Shown here in pieces: positions 19,802 to 32,093 of a stretch of 64,000 nt of DNA (positions within the stretch are counted from its first letter, which is position 1; every line of letters starts with the position of its first letter). A model generated the notes under the pieces. The model did no database searches, was not told the DNA's origin, and worked only from the letters and a program-made list of their open reading frames with translations. The translations under genes and the position numbers were made by a program. The stretch comes from a virus. Its lineage: Duplodnaviria; Heunggongvirae; Uroviricota; Caudoviricetes. Location of the stretch: the IMG/VR virus record IMGVR_UViG_3300031867_000007, positions 1 through 64,000 of that record. The stretch is one strand, 5' to 3'.

Positions 19802-21886
19802 CTAAAATCTTTCTAAAGCTCTTGTAGCTGATATTGACATCGTACTACTTATATCAAGAGGAATAGAAATACTTGAAATCATATAATCTCCATAAATATC
19901 ACTTTCAATATCCCTAACCCCAATTCTTGTATTCGGTTCTAAATGATAGATTGGAATACTTTGAATAGTAATACTTTCATTATAACTTGTATATTCATGC
20001 AACATCATTTTTATTTCATTAAATGCTGAATTGGATGTTCCACCAAGAGCAAGTAAGTTAAATATTCCTGTAGTTACTTGAATATAATTTTGACCTTTAG
20101 CTTCACATTCTGCACGCTTTTCATCAGTATCAGGTTGACCTAATTCTATAATAATAAAGTCAGGTATATCTGGTTCAAATACACAGTTTATATCATTTCT
20201 ATTAACAACTTGACTGCGGCGACCGATATTGCGAACATTGAACTGCGATATTGCCGCAGCAGAGTCTATAAAATCTAAATAGTAATTTATATCACTAGGT
20301 GTTTTTAATACCTCATCATAAAAGCCACCTGTATAAATAGTTTCACCTTTATCATCTATGTAAAAATCCTTTTGTAGATTATACAGCTTTGGCCACTCAT
20401 TCATTAATTCAGTATAATAGTAATTAGAATCTGTTCCCAATGGTTCAGCTTGAACTCCTTGTAAATATAATTCACTTCTTCAATCTGTTGTTTTAACTTT
20501 TACAAATTGAGTTGTTTCACTATCTACTTTAATATATTGTTTTAAATCTCCATCTCAATAGTAAATAGTTCCTGTGCTGGTATCTTTGTAGTATACGCCT
20601 GCTGCGCCATTAGTTTTAACTATTTCCGCATAATTACTATACAATATAGGCATTTTCGCTTTTGTTAATCCATCGTCTGGATCTTCATAGAAAAATACAT
20701 CATATATATTTCCAATAGCAGGTTTAGTATCAATAGCTAAATGATATCTAATAGGAACATCATTTCCATTAGCATTTTTTCTAATACCCCAAACTACAAA
20801 ATCATTTTTAATTTTATTAAATTGAGGGCTATTAGAAAATGATGTAACTAAATTACTATTATTAAATTCATATACTGTTTTACCTTTGCTAGCATCAATT
20901 AAATAATCATTTTTATTCATTGTTTCTAAATCTAATGTTGCTTTTGTTGTATTTAAATAATTTTTAATTTCTTGTCAATGGAAATTTCCTTCTGTATCAT
21001 AGAAATATTCATAATTTCCAAGCATATTTTTAATTTTATCTAAAATAGTACACACACTATCTCCAGCATTGCCAATTAATTCATTAGGACAAGTAAAATC
21101 TGTAAATATATATCCAACATCTTCACCATATTCAAACATTTGATAAGTATGACCTGCGGCATCCGCATAATTAGTTGACATTTCATATGTAATTTGTTTG
21201 TTACCTTCTTCATCTTCACTAACAATAGTAATTAAATATAGTGGTGTATTTCCAATTCATTTCATTACTTTTTTTATTCTTGAAGGTACATCAGATATAA
21301 TTATTTTTCCTAATTGCTCTCCTCCAAAATGGTTAACTACCTCCCTAATAATTTGTTCAAAAGTAGGTTTTGATATAACTCAATTTCCATCTTCATCAAT
21401 GGTTTCATATTGATCAAATTGCGTTGATGCAGGAATTATACCTCCGCATTCTCCATTTAATAGACACATCTTATCTCGTAATGAAACTTGTAATGAAACT
21501 CCTCCAGTCGAATGACTTAATGAAGGAGCTATCATAACAAATGTTCCTTGTGGAAATCAAATCTTTTCATATTTAATATATTGGTCTGTTGTATTAACAT
21601 AACCAATTTCTAAATACATTTTTTTATTTATTGAGAACAAGTTATCTAAACTTGTTATATTTGCATTTTCTTCTTTATCTATATAGCAAGATAAATTAAC
21701 AGTTCTTCTTACATTTGAGTTACCATCTAAATTAAGATTGCCACCTGTTACAATTCCTTGAACTTCTTGTATAGGTCTCTCTTCTCAATCTAATATAGTA
21801 ATTTTAACAAACTGCTCTTTTAAATGTTCATTATCTATTAGTTTTAAAAAATTTTTATCACTAGAATATTCATATACTTTTTTCAT
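19802..21886 (-). CDS. Tail-associated (Tal/prophage-tail-like) protein, 694 aa
   Basis: One frame fuses track ORFs 20975-21181, 20555-20920 and 19802-20440 plus upstream sequence across about 9 TGA codons. The ATG at 21884-21886 overlaps the previous stop. Confidence 0.5.
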
Positions 21887-24800
21887 TACTCTGCATACCT
21901 ACCTTTCATGATTTCACAATGATAATCAATCAAGGCTTCAACAGGACAAAGTAAATCATCATTATTTGTAAATAACCACCATTGGTTATTATGCCAAATA
22001 AATCTACTATTTGCTTCATCTATTAATCTTTGTAATATTAAAGCATATTGTCTATCTATTTCTTTATTTAATACTAAATGATAATAATCATCATAAGCTC
22101 TATTTAAACTAATAGTATATGTTGAACCTGATTTTGACAATTGACCTGAATTTGCGGAAGCAGTTGCTTCATCAGGTCACTGTTCACGAGATCTCATTGT
22201 ATAAACTCCATTTCTATATTGTCTATCACCTGTTGGTATTAAATCTTCTTCATGATTTAAATTATTTTGAGTTTCAATTTCCTCATCTTTAATTCCATCA
22301 ACATATAATGAACCTGTTCATATATCTCCACCAACTTGTTCAATTCATTCTTCATCTACTGTTAATCCACCATCATTATCAATAGGTTGTAATACTCTAT
22401 CAAATAATAATGTATAGTTTGATGAAGGATGTTCTATATTATCCTGATTAACTGATGCAGTATATTGTTCTGGTCATTGTTCTTTAGATTTAATACTATA
22501 CCATCCAGCAAATTGACTTTCGGCTGATTCTAAATAATCATCTGCAAGAGTATAAACACCATTCTTAACTAATTGAGATGTATCACTTACATATTTATCT
22601 AATATTATATTTGTTTCAATATATTTATTATCAGGTAGCGTTTCTCTTTCTTGTTCCGCGGCAGTAGCAGGTTCAAGATGTATACCAGCAAAGTATAGTC
22701 CTTCTATAGCAGAGTCTTCTGCATCAAGAGCTAAAGTATGAGTAGGCCCAATAACGTGTCTTTCGAAGTCTGTATCTGCAGACTCTTTAACAAATACAAC
22801 TGTCCCTGGTTCAGCTTCAATTTTTACTCCATCTAAAGATAACATCATTTGTTGATAATTTGAATATTTTTCAAAATATTTATTCCATATATTTTGATAT
22901 ATTGAATCATTTGGTTTAAATGCTCCTCATCTTTGTCCAACTCTTCTATAAAAACTATTAGTTTGAAAAACTTTACTAGTGTCTTCCGTTTGTTGTAAAT
23001 TAACATGATATTCTAAATTAATTTGAGTATCAACAGGGAAAGATAATGAAGTAATTTCCACATTCTCACCTTTTAATTCATATATACCTTCTGGATTTAT
23101 TATAATAGGTTTATTATTAACATAAGCTAAATAACCTAAGATGGCGGAATCTGGATTTTCTTTATCATCACCAAAATCGTCTACTACATAAGGGCCATCT
23201 TCACCCTCTTTAATTAGGTATGGGTCACTTTCAAATTCTAATCTTAAGAAATCTAAATTTTGAACTGCAATTTTATAATTTTCTTTTGCATATTTTTCAT
23301 ATTTCTTTTGAATTAAACTTAAAGTTTCTGTATTTGCAGGTATTACTTCATTATATTGTCCTATATAATCACTAGCAAATTGTAATTGAGTGTCATAAGT
23401 TCCTAATGGAGAAATACCATATTTGTCATAATTTTTAATTGTTGCCGCATCTACTTCATAAGCAGTTGCTGTAAATGAATATATCCTTCTACCCAATGTT
23501 GAATTAGGTGTTAAATTAATATCCATAATTTTAACGAGTATATTTCCTTCAGTAGCTGACCTAAATAATCTAACTTTATTTGCATACAAGAAATCCATAA
23601 CTTTTTCTCTAAATTCACGTTCGTAAGTTCAATCATTAAAGTCATCTATTCTTATATTCTCATTTTTATTAAATTCAGTATAATAATTTAAACTATCTTT
23701 AAACACTTCTTCTCTTGAAGTAATTAAATGATTTGGATCCATTAAATGAGTTATAGTGCCTCCAATAGGAAATTGTCTATATTCAACATACCCATTCCTT
23801 TTAATATATGGGTATTTACTTCCTATTGTATCTGTGCGGGATTCACTTACTGTGCGTTTAAATGAACTTACTGATGGATCAAACCTAATATTAAGTTGCC
23901 CATCTCCGCCAGTTAAATACATATCATCAAATAACATCATAAAGGGTTCTCCAGGTGGATGAATTGCAATTCCCCTAATCCCCATACTTGTTCTTTTTTG
24001 TGCTATATATTTGTAATATACTCCGCTCTTAATAGTATAATCATATCAAGTATAATCTAATTTACTATTTTCTTCAAAAGATTCAGTGTGAACATCTTCT
24101 CATATAGTAAAATTACTTTCACTAGACGTTCTTCTAATAGTAATATTTCCAACAAAATTTTCTTGACCCACATTATTTACAATATTTATTCCAATACATC
24201 CATTAACATTATCAAGAATTGCGGTCATTGTAGCATCTAATTTCTCTGCTCCTTCTTGAAGAACCATAAATTCATATGTATTACTTTCAATATACATATT
24301 AGCAGTTTCATATTCAAAAGTAAAATAATAATTTTCTCCTTCGTTGAATTGATATTCAAAAGTGTAATTAAATTCATTAATATTTGAATAAGTATTTGAA
24401 TATAATAACCCGCTATCAGACAATAGCTGGTTATCAGCATTATAAACTTTTATTTGATAACTTTTTAAAGTATCTGTCTCTGCGGGGTCTAAAAAAATTA
24501 ATTTCCCAACTATATCAACATTATTTAATGACCACAGTGTCACATCTGCATTAGAATCAAAACCTAAAATATTTAAACTAGGCACACTAATGCCTCTAAT
24601 TAAACATGCTGTAGATCATTCAGAAAAGTTTGATAGATTTGAGGCAAGCCAACTATCAATCGCTTGAGGCGTGTCTAGAGATACATCAGCGGCAGGTGCC
24701 GCAGTAAATCTAATTTGAACTTTATAATATTGATTTATTTGAAAACCTTCTTCAATATCACTAGTTTTTATCTCAATATAATATTTATCATCTGATACTC

Positions 24801-25047
24801 TTGTTAAATCAGTTTTAATGTCAGTTAACATAATTTCACAAGGATATTTACTTTTATTTAAAACAGATAGATTAGTATTTTGATTAGCAACTGTTACTTG
24901 TGCATTTTTTATATCATTTAAACTATTATATAAAGAAATAGAGAAATATACTCTACAAGTATTTTTTTGTATATCACTACTTCCCACTAGAAACGCAGGC
25001 ATATAGGTATCCACAATTGGTGGATATAAATTAATATTAACTGCCAT
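21886..25047 (-). CDS. Large (1,053 aa) distal-tail/baseplate protein
   Basis: Track ORFs 24616-25047, 24100-24585, 23629-23985, 22927-23598, 22474-22848 and 21886-22140 are all in one frame separated by TGA. AAGGAGAG RBS. Confidence 0.5.
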
Positions 25048-25077
25048 ATCATCTCTCTCCTTTTTCTCTTTATTTTA

Positions 25078-25527
25078 TTACTTACTTTCTTCTTTTTTAT
25101 GAATTACTGATACTATTGGTAATGCTCTTATATCTTTCATAAAACCATCTATAAAAGTATTCCCATCTTCTTCTTTATAGTGTTTGTATCTAGCTTCTAC
25201 ACATTGAAGATTATAGTCATCAATATAGCCTAAATCATAACAAAAATAATGATGTTTTTCAGTAATCCAAGCCTTAATATCGTCTTTATCTGACTCTGTT
25301 AAAATATTAATTGATTTAGCCATTTTATCAATTTGTTTATTGTGTGATTCTAATGTATCTATTATCTTTTGATGTAATTCTTCTACTGATTGTTGTTTAC
25401 TTGTTGTTTTTGTTATTCTGTTTTTTGCTCAATCATAAAAATCAACAACACCTTTAATAGCAAATGCTAACATTACAATAAAAATAGCTATATCAGTTAA
25501 TGAATAATTTTTAAGTAAATCTAACAT
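25078..25527 (-). CDS. Small membrane protein with an N-terminal TM helix
   Basis: The frame extends upstream of the track start across TGA to the ATG at 25525-25527, which has a GGGGAGAG RBS. Confidence 0.4.
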
Positions 25528-25605
25528 TCTATATCTCTCCCCTATAATTCTCATAATTTTATCTAATAATATATAAGAGTTTAAGGAAGAAGATTAGATA
25601 AATTA

Positions 25606-25640
25606 GACCAAAATAAAAAAGGTCAAAGTTTTTATCTTTG
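25606..25640 (-). terminator. Rho-independent terminator
   Basis: The hairpin aaaggtcaaag...ctttgacctttt has a T-run. Confidence 0.5.
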
Positions 25641-25766
25641 ACCTTTTATAAATACTATATTAAAAAGTTATATTTCTTCTAAAGTTATATATATCCAAAA
25701 ATATATCATTATATTTTTGATTTGTATAAGTCCACCCTTCTGCAGGAGGCTCAATTACTAAACAAT

Positions 25767-26249
25767 CTATCTTTCAATTACATATAGCAAAATATTTATA
25801 TTAGGATCTGCATAAATAACTGGTAACATCATAAGACGTATATTAGCAAATTCGCTATTTATATCAGTTACATCAGAAAGTGTCGCAAATGGATTTAAAT
25901 CACTTGTAGCACTATTTAAATAATCTAATGCATCATTACAATCTTTATCTACTACATAATTATCTTCAATTAAATAATTTTTACTATCATAAAATACATG
26001 ATATGCTTTTACTTTTATTTTTGTTCTTGTATTTTCTACATTTGTTATTCTAAATGCTTGTTCTTCTTGTGATATATTAGCTACTAATATTCTATTAGAA
26101 ACTAAATCTTTAATATAAGAAAGTGAAGTTTCTAAATTAAGATAGAAGTCTCCGTTATCTTCTTTATGAATTTTAGCTTTTAAAGGTAATATAATTTTAT
26201 CTCCATTTGAAGAATAAATTTTATCTGTTATATCATATAACTTTATCAT
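25767..26249 (-). CDS. Hypothetical protein downstream of fibre gene 3
   Basis: GGAGG RBS. Confidence 0.45.
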   Translation of the reverse strand: MIKLYDITDKIYSSNGDKIILPLKAKIHKEDNGDFYLNLETSLSYIKDLVSNRILVANISQEEQAFRITNVENTRTKIKVKAYHVFYDSKNYLIEDNYVVDKDCNDALDYLNSATSDLNPFATLSDVTDINSEFANIRLMMLPVIYADPNINILLYVIER

Positions 26250-26266
26250 TTAATTACCTCCTTTTT

Positions 26267-28126
26267 TTACGAACTATAGCTATTATAAACTTCCCAGCTA
26301 GTACCGTTAAATATCCAACCTGCTCCTGTATTTGTACTCTTAGGTGATGAATAAACAATATCACCTTTTACTGCATCATTTGTATTTGTTGGAATAGTAG
26401 GTGTTATCATAATATCTTGGTCTTCATAACAAGATAAAAAATCTTTATATTTATATTCTTTTAGTACCATACCTGCTATTAATGAAGATGTTGTTGTACT
26501 TGGGTCATTCCAATGTATAAATGTCCATATTGCACCTATTTCTGTTGTTGGTGTTACTTCTATTCTTATCATTCTAGGCTTTGTTCTATCACTGTTAGTT
26601 CCTATTTGGAAATTATAATATGAAGTTGCAACACCTAAGTCATCAGAACGAACTGCTAAATATCCATTACTGCACCATGCATATATTTCTAATACCATTT
26701 TTTTGCCTACTAAATGTTTTGGAACTTTGTAATAGAAATATGAATAACCAGCTTGTTCTGTAGCAGTTCTCGTAAATGTAAGAACTTTACCACCAAAAGG
26801 ATTAGTTAAACTGCTATCAAATTCCATATGGTCAGCAGGGCTAGATATAATATAATCATTCATAATTGGATTTTTTAACGTTCCATTAATAACATAGTTT
26901 TTAATAGGCTTTAAACTCCTTAGTGGACTATAACCTTCCAATAAAACATAAGGGAATTGATTATGATTAGTATTTGCGGTTGAAGGTACAAATTTAACAT
27001 TATCTAAATAAATTTCATTTAAGTTACTATCACTATCGTAAATAGAAGATAAAGAATTTGTAATAGCATTATTAGATATAACTAATACTCCACCATTAAC
27101 AAATACTTTTGAACCTTTAGTATTACTTTTTAAATTAAATATTGATATTTTATTACCTGCCTGTTCATAATTTTGTGCAATTAATCCTATTGTACAATTC
27201 TCAAAATATGTTGTACTACCATCATTAGCATCTAATATTGATACATCTTCAGTCGTTGTTTTTGTATCACCAAAATATGTATTTTTAAAATACATTGTTC
27301 CTGAATTTTCAATACATTTTACATTATTTTCAAGACTGCATTTATCAAAACAAATAGTATTTGTATCAGTTGCAACCTCTTTGATTGCTAAATTACAAGC
27401 ATTAAAATGACAAGCATTGAAGTCTAATACACCTATCCAGTTGCTTGGAGATGAAGGATTTCCAATTTCAATTCCAGTTTCACCTGCTACCCATACGTCT
27501 ATAAACTCTGAATAATAAGCTGTTGGTAATTTCATTCCATACTTAAAACCATTTTGTATAAATACACTTGTTAATCTTTGTCTTTGACCTGGTGATAAAA
27601 TTCTTATAGCTGTTTTGTCAGAATAATTATTAGGATTTGCAATATTAATATTTTCTATTGTGCATTCATTATACATAACATCAATACAACTATCTTTATT
27701 TTCTTCTTGATTTATTGGTTTTGCACTATTTTTAGTTATTCCTGATAATTTAGTACTATAAACTTGAAAATAATTTGTAGTAGGTAGTTTTTCTCTTTGT
27801 ATTCCATTGCTAATAATTAAATTTGCATATAAACCATTACTTAAAGTTTCGTAGTAAGTACTTGAAGTTGATGCAATATCATATATTGCTCCGCCGTTAT
27901 CTCCTACTGTTGAATAATATTTTGTTAATACCATATCTCCAACTTTTAATTTTGTATCAGCTTTCATATCCACAACAGAGTTATAATAATAAGGTTTTTT
28001 ATTTAATTTATAAGCAACACTTTCACCATCTACATCAACATTTTGAGCTTCAGCGCCAATAGGAATATAGTCAGTAAAAGTTCCATCTTGCTTTTTAATT
28101 TTAATCTTTTTTATTAAATTTGCCAT
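26267..28126 (-). CDS. Tail fibre/tailspike paralogue 3 (shared N-terminal anchor, beta-helix-like C-terminus)
   Basis: The N-terminus MANLIKKIKIKKQDG...KKPYYYNSVVDMKADTKLKVGDMV is homologous to the genes at 29983 and 32094. AAAGGAGA RBS and ATG at 28124-28126. Confidence 0.55.
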   Translation of the reverse strand: MANLIKKIKIKKQDGTFTDYIPIGAEAQNVDVDGESVAYKLNKKPYYYNSVVDMKADTKLKVGDMVLTKYYSTVGDNGGAIYDIASTSSTYYETLSNGLYANLIISNGIQREKLPTTNYFQVYSTKLSGITKNSAKPINQEENKDSCIDVMYNECTIENINIANPNNYSDKTAIRILSPGQRQRLTSVFIQNGFKYGMKLPTAYYSEFIDVWVAGETGIEIGNPSSPSNWIGVLDFNACHFNACNLAIKEVATDTNTICFDKCSLENNVKCIENSGTMYFKNTYFGDTKTTTEDVSILDANDGSTTYFENCTIGLIAQNYEQAGNKISIFNLKSNTKGSKVFVNGGVLVISNNAITNSLSSIYDSDSNLNEIYLDNVKFVPSTANTNHNQFPYVLLEGYSPLRSLKPIKNYVINGTLKNPIMNDYIISSPADHMEFDSSLTNPFGGKVLTFTRTATEQAGYSYFYYKVPKHLVGKKMVLEIYAWCSNGYLAVRSDDLGVATSYYNFQIGTNSDRTKPRMIRIEVTPTTEIGAIWTFIHWNDPSTTTSSLIAGMVLKEYKYKDFLSCYEDQDIMITPTIPTNTNDAVKGDIVYSSPKSTNTGAGWIFNGTSWEVYNSYSS

Positions 28127-28230
28127 AGAGCATCTCCTTTCATTCATAAATAAAATTATCTGATTTTATTTCTAATACTATATAAAAAAAAGGGTAAATT
28201 AATTATATTAATCTACCCTTCTCATTATTT

Positions 28231-28635
28231 TTATTCTTTATTATTATCTGTATTTGAACTAATATTTGCCAAATTAGTAATTCCTTCAATTGCTTTTTTA
28301 GCTTGTATAGTAATAGTAGAAATAACTATTCCTAATATTCCAACACTTGAAAATGTATTCAAAACTTGATTTGAAATTAATTCAGTACCAAAAGAATTTG
28401 TAATCATTATATTGATAAAAGGTAATATGGTAAATGCTATTGATACAAAAGTAGCACTAATAAAAAATATCAAAACCTTAATAATACCTTTTATCATCTT
28501 TTTTCAATCAAATTTTTCTTTATTATTTCATATATTAACTAATGTTTGTGTTGTAATATTAACAATAGCAAGGATACCTAATACTATACCTAATCAGCCC
28601 ATTATTGTTAATGTATTTAAAATTGCTTCTCACAT
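28231..28635 (-). CDS. Holin (predicted multi-TM protein)
   Basis: The frame extends upstream of the track start across TGA to the ATG at 28633-28635, which has a GGAGG RBS. The product is hydrophobic with a charged C-terminus. Confidence 0.55.
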
Positions 28636-28709
28636 ATTTATACCTCCATTGCGGTGACTCGATTACCAATTTTTAGTCCAATTCTCTATCCGGTGACCGA
28701 GCTTCCGCA

Positions 28710-29651
28710 TTATCTAAATAAAGATTCGAATGTATTTTTTCCTACGATTCCATCTACACTTAATTTATTATCTGCTTGATAATTTTTAACTACATTCATA
28801 GTCTCATTTCCAAATATTCCATCAATTCCTAAATAATATTTTTTACAATATAGTATTGATTGAATAATTTTTGTTATATTTCCTTCTGCGCCTTGCTTAA
28901 CATTTCTGCAAGCCGCTTTTGTTTGATTTCCAAATATACCATCTACTACTAGTTCAGTTCCAAATTGTATATTTAATTCAGTTTGTAAGCCTTTTACAAG
29001 TGCTTTTTTAGTTTGACTACCATACAATCCATCTTCTGCAATATTTGTATTATAATTATTATTTAATCAATTTTGTACTGATCTTATTTTATCATCTCCA
29101 GTAGATGGCTGAGGCGTAGGCTGTGGTTGAGGTGCTCCGCCATCCAAAATAGTATTAACTGTATCAGCTAGTTCGTTCATTCTACTTAATAAATATGGAC
29201 CTGGACAATCTGTATTAGCAAACATATTATGTGTAGTTAAACTGCCGTTTGGTGTTCCATCATAATATAATCTGAAATTATATCTTCTACATACATCTAC
29301 TGCTAAATTAACTAATGTATTCCATGCCTTATCTGAAACTCTCCACTGTCCGCCTATTTCACAATTTGATACTTCTACTGTTATAGCTTGAAAATCATTA
29401 TTTCTACTTGATGACGTTCATGCCCTGTTTTCTTCTTCTACATTGCAAACTAAATCTCCTGCATTGCCTATACAATAATTAGCTGAAGCATTTCTGTTTG
29501 GATTTTGAAATTCATTAACAGCACATTGTTCACCAGACAATATCCCCGCCATCATATGTGGCGTAAATTTACATATTTTATAACCGTTTCTGCCTTTTGT
29601 ATAATTATTAAAGTGTGCTAAATACACGCTATTACATAAACTAGAATACAT
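28710..29651 (-). CDS. Endolysin: N-acetylmuramoyl-L-alanine amidase (Amidase_2/PGRP) plus three PG_binding_1 repeats
   Basis: Track ORFs 29418-29651 and 28710-29027 are in the same frame across seven TGA codons. Carries ASANYCIG...VEE..RAW...AITVEV amidase_2 motifs and GIFGNQT, GIFGNET and GIVGKNT repeats. Strong GGAGG RBS. Confidence 0.8.
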
Positions 29652-29654
29652 AAT

Positions 29655-29902
29655 TATCCTCCTTCTTTTTCTTTTAAAGCTTTTAATCTTATATATATTT
29701 TCTTTAGTTGTTGAGTAATACTTCTCTCGCTCTCTAAATTTATATTTCCTATGATATCTTGAACACTTCTAACATTTTCCATATCAATATTTCTGGCGTC
29801 TGCAGAAATGAAGAATGACTCTTCACTAAGGAAGCCATCTTGGTTTTTTATCTTTATTACTTTAATTTTATCTATAAGTTCATCCCTTTCTAAAACTTTT
29901 AT
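29655..29902 (-). pseudogene. Start-less remnant of the conserved tail-fibre N-terminal module
   Basis: The frame encodes ELIDKIKVIKIKNQDGFLSEESFFISADARNIDMENVRSVQDIIGNINLE..QQLKKIY, which is homologous to the N-terminus of the 29983-32064 protein. No ATG, GTG or TTG start is present, and its TAA lies inside the endolysin RBS. Confidence 0.45.
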
Positions 29903-29955
29903 CTAATAAGATATAAAAGTTTTAGAAAATAAATTAGATAATTTAGTCCAAAATA

Positions 29956-29988
29956 AAAAAGCTTATTCATTAAAGAATAAGCTTATAC
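29956..29988 (-). terminator. Rho-independent terminator after fibre gene 2
   Basis: The hairpin aagcttattc...gaataagctt has a T-run. Confidence 0.5.
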
Positions 29989-32064
29989 TTGAACACCAGT
30001 TGCATCAACCCACTTTGAACCAGTATACCAGATTGGTTTACCTAGGGTTGTATCAAAAAACATAATACCTTTACTCCAATTTGATAATACTGTAGGTCTT
30101 TCGCTTGTTGTTCCTAATAAAACTTGTTGTATTACTCCATAATGAACATCTCTCATATATTTAACTTTAGAACTATATATTGTATCACCTTTAGCAAAAG
30201 TACCTTGAATTGTCGTAACTGTTAGACTCGTTGATGTAATTGCTGTTATCGTTCCTGTTGCTCCATTATTGTTCGTTATTGTATCGCCTACATTGAATAC
30301 AAAACCACATTTTGTAGCCTCATTATCATATAAAATACTTTCAAATATTAAATTATTATTTGAAATATTACTAACTGGATTAACTATATAAATTTGATTT
30401 TCTAAATCTCTTTGCTGAAACATCGCAATACCTGTTTTATTATTGCCCTGATTTACAAATAAATCGCCAACTTTTCCATTTTTACTATAACTGTTATCGC
30501 TGTCAATGCCACTCATTGGTGAGTTGTAAGAATTAAATCAAATATTACCTTCTTTTACATTTTTGCCATTCAATGAGTAATCAGATAAATCGTAAAAATA
30601 ATCTGTAGAGTAAATTGGCGCCAGCGAGTATCTGTTTTGCGTATATGTGCCTCCTTTGTTATCATTATTGACAGTTAAAGTACACTCGCTTGAACCACTA
30701 TTTTTTGTTAAGAATTTATATTTTGAAGGTCTACAGCTGTTTAATATAATATTTGAATTTGTTCCAAAAGCTATAAATTTTCCAGGAAGATCGGCGTTTG
30801 CATTTCTTCCTAAGGAAACGGCAGTTAAATTTACCTTAGAACCATTTGAAACGATTAATGTAGCATTTGAATCTGTTGTATTTGCGTATAGGTATCCACT
30901 ATTTATATTAATTGTTGAATTCATAAAATATAGTATATTTAATGCTTTAGGACTCTCTGAACCCAACGAGCCAATATTGAAATTTGAACCCTCAAAATAA
31001 TATGCCGTATCTGTTGCGAAATCACAAGCAAGATTTCCTATATTAGAATAAACAACACCCACAAATTTAAATCCATTTTTACAACCAAGACAATATATCT
31101 CATTAATAAATAATGTTGTAGCATTCGTTCCACATATAAAACCAATTTCTGAACAATTATATATAAGTATTTTATTGAAAGTACATACTCAAATATTATT
31201 TGTTTTTATACCATATTTACAAGTCGATATACTAACATCTTCAATAACTGTTCTAGTACCTCCCACTTCATAATAAATGCCATAATCAGTTAACGAATTT
31301 CCATATAATTTAATATTATATACTTTTATATCTTCACAATAATTAAAATTTGAATTATAAGTCTTAAAATATAAGATAGTGTTTATATTATTATATTTAG
31401 AATTATTAGTTTTTATTAGTCTTGATCGGCTGCCTTCTAACTCTAATCCATTAAATAACACGATTGGGCCTTTAATATTATATTCATCTTGCTTATAAAT
31501 TTTTAGTTTTGAAATATTATTATTTAATGCATATTCTATCGCCTTGTTAAATATTGGAGTGTTATCTTCCAAATCACTAGATAATCCGATAGCATTCAAA
31601 TTTATTTCATTATCAATGATTAAAGTAGCATATAATTGATTTTCAAGCTCCTCTTGATAATCGGTTTGACTTTCAATACTTACTATCTTATATTCAGCTC
31701 CGCCGCCATCATTTGGCTCATAGTATCCAAGTGTAGTTACCATATCACCATTTTTTAATCTAGTGTCTGCTTTCATTTCTGCAACAGTATTAAAAAAATA
31801 GGTTTTCTTTTTGATATCTGTATTCAGAGTAATTACCTCTTCTTTTAAATCATCTACATCGCTATATAAACTGTCATATTTTTTATATTTCTTTAATTGT
31901 TCAGCTATGTTACCATCTTCATCAATATTAATATCTCCAATTGTATCTTGTAAATCTCTACCATTTTCCATATCAACATTTATCGAATCAACAGAAATAG
32001 TATAGGTTTCTTCACTAATTGAACCATCTGGATTTTTTATCTTAACAGTTTTAATTTTATCCAT
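29983..32064 (-). CDS. Tail fibre/tailspike paralogue 2 (693 aa)
   Basis: Track ORFs 31189-32064, 30538-31062 and 29983-30516 are in one frame across TGA. It carries the shared N-terminal module. GGAGG RBS. Confidence 0.55.
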
Positions 32065-32093
32065 AAATTAAACCTCCTTTTCTATTTTATAAT

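Noticed and set aside
28640-28710. GC-rich block with the direct repeat cggtgac(t/c)cga, considered as a tRNA or small RNA
   Set aside because: No acceptor and T-arm cloverleaf could be formed on either strand. The region is the holin 5' UTR, RBS and start (ATG 28633-28635) plus the endolysin 3' end.
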